DNA from: Octopus bimaculoides | Taxonomy: Eukaryota | Reading direction: 5' to 3' | DNA: 43,888 nucleotides | Assembly: GCF_001194135.2 (NCBI RefSeq) | Contig: NC_068984.1 | Location: 14,288,492-14,332,379 of the forward strand | In this document: piece by piece, positions 34,565 to 43,888 of the stretch | Numbering within the stretch: the stretch's first letter is position 1 | Layout: each line of letters opens with the position of its first letter | Notes under the pieces: model-generated | The model's input: the letters and a program-made list of their open reading frames with translations, nothing else | Told to the model about the DNA's origin: nothing | Database searches by the model: none | Position numbers and translations under genes: made by a program

Positions 34565-34900
34565 ACATATAAAACACAAAATAGGACAAGAACGCAAAAC
34601 ATCCGGACAGTTAGGTGATACAAAAAAGGGACAACAAAACATCCAGATAGACAATACAGAGAAAATAAGGACGATTCATCATTCGGAGTTTTCTTTCCTC
34701 AGTCGAGTTCCAGATTATCTTTGCAATTTCGGCTGATTATACTTGAGATTGCTCCAATCTGGCCAGCCCCAAGGAAAAACTAAGCTAAGAGCATTAGATT
34801 CCTTGGAGGAAAGCAGCGAATGTATTCGAAAACAAAGACGGAAAAGAACGGACAATGTTATACAAATACAATAAAAATATCAGGGCATAACAACAGATGT
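34565..34900 (-). mobile_element. Unclassified interspersed repeat, possibly Penelope-derived
   Basis: Reverse complement contains GGCTG...CAGCC-GAAA (same stem as the 30621-30663 HHR) and CTGAGGA...CTCCGAA, but no complete ribozyme. Confidence 0.3.
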
Positions 34901-35498
34901 CATTCGACTAAGGACGAATTAAATTAAGCTGGCATGTGTGGGAATAAGACCTTACGGGAGGATACAAGGTTTCATAGGCACTGGGAGGAATATCGATGCT
35001 GCACGCACAACGGCCGGGCAAGAAAGAAGGAACAGGCTTGGCCGAACGCCAATCACGTGGGAAGCGAAGAGAGAGAGGTAGAGGTAGAGGGACAGAAGAA
35101 TTAAGGTGGGGGGAGAAAAAATGACAGGGACACAGTGACTTGAAAAGTGACACATCAAAGAATTAAATACAAACAGAAACACGTATCATACTTCAGTTTA
35201 TTTTGACATGTCCCGTGTCATTTTGAACAATAATGTGTTAATGTTCATTGTAATTACAGATATTTTATTAAGGTTATTCATATTAGAATACAATACGCGA
35301 CGAGTTTAACGAGTACTGAAAATATTGTTCTTTGATTTCTCTTTTACGTTCTACCATACATTTTGAATTTAATTAAACTAAGAAGTGAAGTGTATGCAAT
35401 GTGGATCAACACGTTTGATATTGTCTAGATTTTACTACTACAACATGTTCTTTTTAACTCAATTTACGCACTTGAAACTGCAGCAGTTTAAAATAGTG

Positions 35499-35549
<51 letters not shown>

Positions 35550-36299
35550 NNNNNNNNNNNNNNNNNNNNNNNNNNNNNNNNNNNNNNNNNNNNNNNNNNN
35601 NNNNNNNNNNNNNNNNNNNNNNNNNNNNNNNNNNNNNNNNNNNNNNNNNNNNNNNNNNNNNNNNNNNNNNNNNNNNNNNNNNNNNNNNNNNNNNNNNNNN
35701 NNNNNNNNNNNNNNNNNNNNNNNNNNNNNNNNNNNNNNNNNNNNNNNNNNNNNNNNNNNNNNNNNNNNNNNNNNNNNNNNNNNNNNNNNNNNNNNNNNNN
35801 NNNNNNNNNNNNNNNNNNNNNNNNNNNNNNNNNNNNNNNNNNNNNNNNNNNNNNNNNNNNNNNNNNNNNNNNNNNNNNNNNNNNNNNNNNNNNNNNNNNN
35901 NNNNNNNNNNNNNNNNNNNNNNNNNNNNNNNNNNNNNNNNNNNNNNNNNNNNNNNNNNNNNNNNNNNNNNNNNNNNNNNNNNNNNNNNNNNNNNNNNNNN
36001 NNNNNNNNNNNNNNNNNNNNNNNNNNNNNNNNNNNNNNNNNNNNNNNNNNNNNNNNNNNNNNNNNNNNNNNNNNNNNNNNNNNNNNNNNNNNNNNNNNNN
36101 NNNNNNNNNNNNNNNNNNNNNNNNNNNNNNNNNNNNNNNNNNNNNNNNNNNNNNNNNNNNNNNNNNNNNNNNNNNNNNNNNNNNNNNNNNNNNNNNNNNN
36201 NATATTATACTCATTTATTGTGCTTTTAATTATTAATTTTTCTGTATGTGACAGTGGATTTTCATCGATGAATTCATGAAACTTGGTTCTTTTCCCTAA

Positions 36300-36339
<40 letters not shown>

Positions 36340-37724
36340 TATTTATAGTGTACATATAAACGTGTAACGCAACACCAGCTGTAAGAGTTTACATTCAGAA
36401 ATGTCTCGAAGAGACTTGTGTGTTCGAGAAACACGAATTTCAAATGGAACGTCGTCACCAGATCGTCAAATACGGGGTTTCGACTTAATTTGATCTTGTC
36501 AGTAATGGAAACATTCAAAGCTATCAAGAGATTAGAAATGTATTCAGTCGTTTTAATGAGTAAAGTGACACATGATGTAACCAACAAATATTAAAGTCAT
36601 ACTGGATTGCTTTTATATTATGATTTTTGTCTCTTGTCATGAAGAAACAAATACTGATATCATTCGGTCAAAAACTGAATTTTATAATCCTTTAGTACAG
36701 AGATTCTTGTTTACATATAAAAATATATAGACTTTCGAATGGTATTTGAGGAGATTCGGTATATGTATAAGAATATACCGTAAACAAGTATATAAATTTG
36801 GAGACATGATGATGATGAAACAGAAATAGATTTATTATAAAACTGGATTCAATGCATAGAAAAACAATGCAAAAATGTTAGAAAAGGTTTAAATCATAGT
36901 GATTATAATTATAATTGAAAATAAAAAATTAAAACTAAGAATAAAAATAAAATTTAAAATTTAAGTTATGTGTTGTCATTCTCATCAGTGAGGAATCTTT
37001 TGAGGGACATCAAAAAAAGTTTAATAAAATGAAGTAAAATGAGATAAAAATAAAATAAAACAAAAATAAAATAAGATACAATAAGAGAACACAGTTTCGG
37101 CTAATTTTCATAATTATGATGAGTCCTTATTAGAAATCACCTTTTTTCTCTCTTTTTGGATCCCACAAAAAGTTTGAATTGTTCTTTTTGAACTAGACTT
37201 TCGAACATATATATTTTTATAATATAACTACAAGTACAATTAAACCTATTCTTTAAGAAATAATTGAACTTTATAAAAATTTACCATCTTGTACGCATGA
37301 GAATGCGTTACTTTTTGTGAAACGAATTTAAAAATGTTTTAATCTAATGACGGCTTAAATGTTTAATCTATTGGCGAGACTAAGATAACGTAAACAGGTT
37401 TTTAATATTAACAATGTCATAATCGAGACATTAATTATTTTATTATTCATGAGATAAGCACAGGTGTGGGTACATCACACATGATATCGTGATTAAATAA
37501 ATTATCTAAGTTTCATTTATACTTTCCTCCATACAATTTAATTGTATCTTACACATCCATGTATACAGCCCACGCACAAGAATGCACGTAAACACGATGT
37601 GTATACACATGCGTGCGCGCGCGCGTGTGTGTGTCAAACAAGTATTAAGCAAGTGTCATCTGATATAGAATTCAGTAGGCTGGGTAGGATGGATAGAAAC
37701 GTATATCAAAAATTAACAATCTAT

Positions 37725-38140
37725 AGGCGCAGGAGTGGCTGTGTGGTAAGTAGCTTGCTTATCAACCACATGGTTCCGGGTTCAGTCCCACTCCGCGGCA
37801 AGTGTCTTCTACTATAGCCTCGGGCCGACCAAAGCCTTGTGAGTGGATTTGGTAGACGGAAACTGAAAGAAGCCTGTCGTATATATGTATATATGTGTAT
37901 ATATATATATGTGTGTGTGTGTGTGTTTGTGTGTCTGTGTTTGTCGCCCCCAACATCGCTTGACAACCGATGTTGGTGTGTTTACGTCCCCTTAACTTAG
38001 CGGTTCGGCAAAAGAGACCGATAGAATAAGTACTAGGCTTACAAAGAATAAGTCCTGGGGTCGATTTGCTCGACTAAAGGTGGTGCTCCAGCATGGCCGC
38101 AGTCAAATGACTGAAACAAGTAAAAGAGAGAGTAAAGAGT
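37725..38140 (+). mobile_element. Full-length tRNA-derived CORE-like SINE with internal (TA)n(TG)n
   Basis: GGCGCAGGAGTGGCTGTGTGGTAAG...GGGTTCAGTCCC; collinear with 23392-23825; small deletion in the CORE-like box. Confidence 0.88.
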
Positions 38141-39228
38141 AATCTACTCTCAGTTTTGCTCTTTCGTCTGTATTCACACACGTCTATATTAAGAAATAGT
38201 TGGAATTAGAATAAAGATTAAAACGATATATTAATTAGGTCTATTTGGTCGCATTTATGTCTTCATTGACCCGTTCAAGACAAATGGTTATTTTAGCTAT
38301 CTTTGGGTGCCAAATCCGGATTACCAACACTCTATGGTCTCTTGATAACACAGAGACACAACCTGAGGGCTAGCTGGAGACGCACAACGCCGTGTTATAT
38401 AAATGTTGTTGCCTGTAGAAATTGCAGCCGCCCATCACTCAAGGTGGCCGTAAATAATAAAATATTAGAAGTCATTTTGGCCGGTGATCCAAGGATTCAA
38501 GTAACCGATCGGCATAAAATGTTATAACTATGGAAAAGCAACGTATTTGCAATTGTGAATGAATGACACATAGACGGACTTGTGAAACTATCCAAGGATT
38601 GTTTCATCACATGCTACACACAAACACACGCATATATGTAACCTGTATAGTAAGTAAATAACAAGGCTAATTTAACTGTTTCTCCGTAGATTGAAAACGT
38701 GATGGACAACATTTGTCGATTTTCGAATTTTATTGCATTCCCATCAGAAGTGTTTACATCAATTTGACCAAGCCCTGAGAAACAAGCACCCAATCTCAAC
38801 AATTATAGTAGCTCCAGAAAACTGGATCAGTTAATACGCATACTGTAAGTGTTAAAATTATAGTTTGATGTCTGTTACTTGTGAGGGGGATCTAACTTTA
38901 CACATTATCAGGATATGGTACAATATCTGTAACCTATACGACAGATGAAAAGACAGGGATAATTTAGCAATGTTTCGCGTTATGCCTAGAAGTGATGCCC
39001 GTTATTAGAATTATCGACTCACATAGAGTTAAGTACATCAAATCCATGTGTGAGTATACGTAGAAATGGAGTCGGGTCAGGTTAGTTAATAATGACATCA
39101 AATGGTATAAATTTTAATAATGAAGTCAAGCCAAATATTTTGAAAGTATTTAATACGTACGTTTCAGATCATTGCGTAATATATAATAGGAAATACATCC
39201 CTCATGCAACCCTTCTTGTATCAACTGA

Positions 39229-39474
39229 CTGGGTCATCCCATATATAATGCGGTTTTTTATACTTTTTTCTTTTTCGAAATTAAGATAAAGAAAGTTCTT
39301 TTTTAATCTATTATATATTCTCCTTCATTATCTACAACTCTCTTCTATCTATCTAGTAGACTTGCAAGGCCCTTCTTCGAGAGTTCACTTGTCCGTGACG
39401 AACAATACTCCTCCAGTACTGTTCTGACCTCGTCTATAGAATTCATATTTCTTCCGTCTAAATGATTTTGAAGA
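39229..39474 (-). pseudogene. Mariner transposon 3' end (transposase C-terminus and TIR)
   Basis: Minus-strand LQNHLDGRNMNSIDEVRTVLEEYCSSRTSELSKKGLASLLDR*KRVVDNEGEYIID* (stop at 39303-39305); TIR-like CTGGGTCATCCCATATATAATGCGG at 39229-39253. Confidence 0.85.
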
Positions 39475-39565
39475 CTAATTTCTTAAGATTTGTCTTTAGG
39501 CAGTGTGTTACATATCCCAGTGCCCCAATAATTAGGGTATAAACCTGAACTTGTAACCTGTAGCT
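39475..39565 (-). pseudogene. RLE-LINE C-terminal fragment (third subfamily)
   Basis: YKFRFIP/IIGALGYVTHCLKTNLKKL; overlaps the CLNTNLEKL peptide of 25985-26435. Confidence 0.7.
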
Positions 39566-39659
39566 GTAGCATGTATGTGTATGTATGTATGTATGTATGT
39601 ATGAGCGTATGTGTGTATCTATGCATATGCATGTATATATGTATATATATATATATATG

Positions 39660-39770
39660 AATGTTATATTATTTCAAGATTTCTTACCAATAGAGAAAGA
39701 GCCGGTTCCTAATCTAGATCTAAGGCCTTCATTAGAATGTCAACATCAACAACAGGATATTTTTGTATGT
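39660..39770 (-). mobile_element. Isolated ~100-bp 3' tail of the third RLE-LINE subfamily
   Basis: TTATTTCAAGATTTCTTACCAATAGAGAAAGAGCCGGTTCCTAATCTAGATC...CAACATCAACAACAGG matches 25990-26095; flanked by (TATG)n and (TA)n. Confidence 0.85.
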
Positions 39771-41347
39771 ATGTATGTATGTATGTATGTATGTATGTAT
39801 GTATGTATATTCCTTTTCCAAGTATTAACAAACGCCTTCGTCACTGAAACAAAACAGAACGAACAACCCAATGGCGGAGATTCTACCACGGAAATGACGA
39901 ACATCCAAGATCAGTCACTGGAAAACACGTTAATAGAAGAGTGTTTGTTTAATCATTTTTAACGGCATATATGGAAATTTCTAAAGAAAGCCTCAGCAGA
40001 TTTCATTGTTGCTGACGCTGATAAACGATAATACAATCATTGTACAGGGAGTCTCTATCATTCCAGTGGGAACTTCAACTACAAAAAGACAAATTTATTG
40101 ATTAACTAGGAAGTCATCTGAATATGCAAACTAACTAAGCTGTTAAATTTAATGTATACTCACACGCACACATATAGATACATATAATTCTCATTGTGAC
40201 TAAATATATGTACACATACACATACACATTTGTGCNNNNNNNNNNNNNNNNNNNNNNNNNNNNNNNNNNNNNNNNNNNNNNNNNNNNNNNNNNNNNNNNN
40301 NNNNNNNNNNNNNNNNNNNNNNNNNNNNNNNNNNNNNNNNNNNNNNNNNNNNNNNNNNNNNNNNNNNNNNNNNNNNNNNNNNNNNNNNNNNNNNNNNNNN
40401 NNNNNNNNNNNNNNNNNNNNNNNNNNNNNNNNNNNNNNNNNNNNNNNNNNNNNNNNNNNNNNNNNNNNNNNNNNNNNNNNNNNNNNNNNNNNNNNNNNNN
40501 NNNNNNNNNNNNNNNNNNNNNNNNNNNNNNNNNNNNNNNNNNNNNNNNNNNNNNNNNNNNNNNNNNNNNNNNNNNNNNNNNNNNNNNNNNNNNNNNNNNN
40601 NNNNNNNNNNNNNNNNNNNNNNNNNNNNNNNNNNNNNNNNNNNNNNNNNNNNNNNNNNNNNNNNNNNNNNNNNNNNNNNNNNNNNNNNNNNNNNNNNNNN
40701 NNNNNNNNNNNNNNNNNNNNNNNNNNNNNNNNNNNNNNNNNNNNNNNNNNNNNNNNNNNNNNNNNNNNNNNNNNNNNNNNNNNNNNNNNNNNNNNNNNNN
40801 NNNNNNNNATATATATACATATATATATATCTGCAAGGTAAAAGACTCAAGCGATGCCGGGAAATTGTTATAATGGTGAGTTGCTCTTTTTTAGTTTTGT
40901 TATCATTTTTTTTGCCGTTGATGTTGGTGTTGTTGTCGTTGTAACATGTTTTCCGAATCCTGCATTGCAATGAGCTGATATGATTAACATTAAATAAAGT
41001 TAGAAAACGAAATTAATAAAATAGAATTAAGGAAACCATAGTTAAAAATAAATAGTATTTAAGCAGCTTCTCGTAACATGCTATTTTCCTTGCTCTGTCG
41101 CTATCTGCGTTGCTCTAATCATTCTTTCATTTAAACAATACAAAGGAATTTCTCTAGCCACAAGCTGCATGCGTGAGGGTTCGCACACATTACACACTGC
41201 AAAAACAGTGTTGTAAACACATACAGGAAAGCAGGTATTCGTGTACGTATATCTGTGTATGCATGCGTGCGTGTGAGTGTGTGTGTGTGTGTNNNNNNNN
41301 NNTGTATGCATGCGTGCGTGTGAGTGTGTGTGTGTGTGTGTGTGTGA

Positions 41348-41379
<32 letters not shown>

Positions 41380-41619
41380 GAGGATGTGTATATCAACATA
41401 CATATCTATGTATGTATCTCTGTTATCTCACAGGTATTGCAAATTTGTATTGGCAGACAGTAGAAAGAAAAATTAACAAAAGCAAAACTATAAATAAATT
41501 ACCATCATGGCTTTGCAACGCGAAGAATAGTTGTTTTACAGGAGGCTATCAGTGACGCGAAACTACTTATCACATAGAAACAAAATGAACAATTCCACTT
41601 CTCACTAATAAAAACTTTA

Positions 41620-43650
41620 AATCGAAAACAATCTTTGGAGACAGTATGAGGAGATGTGTGTAAAAATTATGTCATCTTGAAACAGGAGTTAAATGTTGTC
41701 AGAAAGAACCTCTGTATCAAATTGAAAAAGTTGAATGAAAATTAATGAATTGGAAATGGAGTCGAAACTAATCAGCATTTTAGAGAGAAAAAGAAGGGCC
41801 AATCTGTAAATGTTAGAGCCCCTTATCAGAAAGTTGGTGTTTCATTCTGGAGAAAATCAAGTGTGATAAAACGTAGTTTAACTAGGAATCAGTGAGGAAC
41901 GAAAAAACAAAAGGAGCTGAAATATTTAAGCAGGGTTATGTCGAAAACATGTAGAACTAATGGCGTTAACATGAGGATGTGATAGGATGAGGAATTACGA
42001 GGAAGTGACTTGATGGTTTACACGGAAAAATATACCTCCTATTGACGATAATATATTTCGCGTATATCTCGACACACTTAATGGGATTGTAAATAGACCC
42101 AGTTAGGTTATATTGTTAAAAACAAATATAGAAATAAACAACAAATGCAGCGAGCTGGCAGGAACATTAGCGCGCCGGGCGAAATGCTTAGCGGTATTTT
42201 GTCTGCCGTTACGTTCTGAATTCAAATTCCGCCGAGATCGACTTTGCCTTTCATCCTTTCGGGGGTCGATTAAATAAGTACCAGTTACGTACTGGGATCG
42301 ATGTAATCGACTTAATCCCTCTGTCTGTCCTTGTTTGTCCCTCTATGTTTAGCCTCTTGTGGGCAATAAAGAAATAAGAAACGTTAGCACGCCGGGCGAA
42401 ATGCTTAGCGGTATTTCGTCTGCCGTTTCGTTCTGGGTTCAAATTCCGCCGAGGTAGACTTTGCCTTTCATCCTTTCGGGGTCGATTAAATAAGTAGCTG
42501 TTATGCACTAGGGTCGATGTAATCGACTTAATCCCTTTTTATATCCTTCTTTGTCCCCTCTATGTTTAGCCCCTTGTCGGTAATAAAGAAATAAAAAATA
42601 AACAACACCAGTTATATGTAATGAATTAAATATATACAACCTGTATGAACGTATTCCTTTAAGATCATTGTGATAGTAAGAATATCATGAAGGATGAATA
42701 TTCAAATGGAAATCAATAAATCTTAAATGTCAGAGGAACTTGGTCATAGCTTTGATGGATTGCAAGAAAACATCCCATTCTGTCCTTCATTATTGAATGC
42801 AAGAAGTGGTTCGACTTTCTAGCATTACAGAGTCTATAATAAAGACTCACATCCGCCCGGGCTACCGCCTTGCAGTGATTGCATCATTGTATCTTCTATG
42901 ACAGTATATTACAAGGTTCAATTTGTTCTATGTTCTACTACTTGTACATTAACAGAACCCCTGTGCACTTTGTTCCGGAAACCTTCGTAACAAGAATAAC
43001 CCAAGTATTTTCTCTTGGAACAGCCGATATAATTGCTATAAGTTTGAAGATTGAGGTTTTGCCATCCAGAAAGAAGAAATTATAACTAAATACATAATAT
43101 ATGAAAAGGATATGAGTAGCGATAACGCATCTACATGCAACAACGGAAGTAAATTCTGTAGCTCTAAAATGGAAAATGAAACCAGATCTTAAGAAGCTGT
43201 CCCAAAATGTCATCACAGGAGGTATAATGTCTCCAACAAAATGATATACAATGTGTTCTGGAGAAAAGTTAATCAATCAAGAAAATTAATTACGAGATTT
43301 ACAGTGATAAGCTGAGGATGATATGACAAAGTATTGCTAATATGGCAAAATATTCTTTAAAGTTTTTGTCGAAAATGCTTTTGAATATAAGAACAATGCA
43401 CCAAGTATATTGATCTTGAAGCGAAAAACTAATGTTCACTGAATAGAGGAAATCATTGAGGCAATATATTGTAACTTAGAATCGGAGATAGAGGTAAAAC
43501 AAAAATCTTTGTTGAACTAATAAGATATTTGCAGACATTACGATTTTAGATTTATATTCATACCTGAAATTTAGGATACTTGGTTACATAAATGCTGAGG
43601 TACCAGTTTCGATAAGCACGCTGGAAATGTAAGATTAAGTAAAAAAAATA
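41620..43650 (+). pseudogene. Old, highly decayed RLE-type (R4/Dong-like) LINE interrupted by a SINE dimer
   Basis: Ordered peptide remnants: LKQELN; KKGQSVNVRAPYQKVGVSFW; VILLKTNIEINN; FL*DHCDSKNI; RNLVIALMDCKKTSHSVLH (RT, cf. WxDYxKAFDSVPH); GFAIQKEEIITKY; QILRSCPKMSS; ELIRYLQ; FIFIPEI..ILGY. Large deletions; the segment before 42143 is less certain. Confidence 0.65.
42144..42595 (+). mobile_element. Head-to-tail dimer of non-CORE tRNA-derived SINE flanked by one 12-bp TSD
   Basis: Unit 1 is 42144-42378; unit 2 is 42379-42595 and lacks the first ~20 nt. B-boxes GAATTCAAATTCC and GGTTCAAATTCC; AAATAAACAACA at 42132-42143 and 42596-42607. Confidence 0.9.
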
Positions 43651-43848
43651 ATAGATAAAACTCCGTAGGGTTTTTCCTGTTTTAGATAAATATTTACAAA
43701 TATCTGCATGACTATATACATGAAAGATAAATTGTGCACTGATATACGTGCAACTATGCGATTGAACCAAAGAACGAGAATGCAATCTGGCACATGTAAA
43801 AGTTGTAGACTACTAGAGAGCATGCTTAGTTACAAAGATCTCGCTATG

Positions 43849-43888
<40 letters not shown>

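Noticed and set aside
34670-34760. Additional hammerhead-like boxes on the minus strand (CTGAGGA...CTCCGAAT; GGCTG...CAGCCGAAA)
   Set aside because: Neither has both core boxes together with paired stems.
36470-36512. CTGACAA-GATC...GTC-GAAA on the minus strand
   Set aside because: G8 is mutated and no stem I or III can be drawn; could be chance.
39821-39962. Open stretch LTNAFVTETKQNEQPNGGDSTTEM... after a TTCCAAG acceptor-like site
   Set aside because: Short, ends in a stop without a donor, and has no recognisable homology.
41255-41345. Tandem duplication TGTATGCATGCGTGCGTGTGAGTGTG on both sides of a 10-N gap
   Set aside because: Typical unmerged contig overlap, an assembly artefact.
377-43823. 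Most ORFs in the supplied track (YI/HT/CV/poly-N/poly-X)
   Set aside because: They are translations of microsatellites or read-through of N-gaps, with no domain motifs. Only the ORFs at 6266, 6642, 6937, 13418 and 14960 reflect real, transposon-derived coding remnants.
1-43888. CRISPR array or prokaryotic operon
   Set aside because: No equal-length repeats with unique spacers, and no gene-dense coding sequence; all periodic DNA is 2-4 nt microsatellite.

Overview
This is AT-rich, microsatellite-saturated eukaryotic draft-assembly DNA with 13 N-gaps, most flanked by (TA)n. The repeat repertoire suggests an octopod cephalopod; that is an inference from recalled repeat families, not a database result. 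No host protein-coding gene, rRNA, functional tRNA or CRISPR array is supported. Nearly every ORF in the supplied track is microsatellite or N read-through. The window is a mosaic of mobile-element relics: (1) at least three subfamilies of restriction-like-endonuclease (RLE) non-LTR retrotransposons of R4/Dong type, many sitting in (AAT)n arrays, plus a ~555-bp non-coding element that occupies (AAT)n arrays in the same polarity; (2) two tRNA-derived SINE groups, one with a CORE-like domain, including a TSD-flanked dimer and a nested chimera; (3) Tc1/mariner relics (a DD37D/maT deletion derivative, a mariner 3' end, a mariner MITE) and a piggyBac-like MITE; (4) several unrelated short elements carrying type I hammerhead ribozyme (HHR) architectures with palindromic stem III, of Penelope/retrozyme type. 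The most notable items are a 373-bp terminally redundant, hairpin-rich unit with an HHR (2608-3068), a near-canonical HHR (28308-28368), and an HHR joined to a head-to-head pair of tRNA-like heads (30490-30900). All alignments and folds were done by eye and need computational confirmation.
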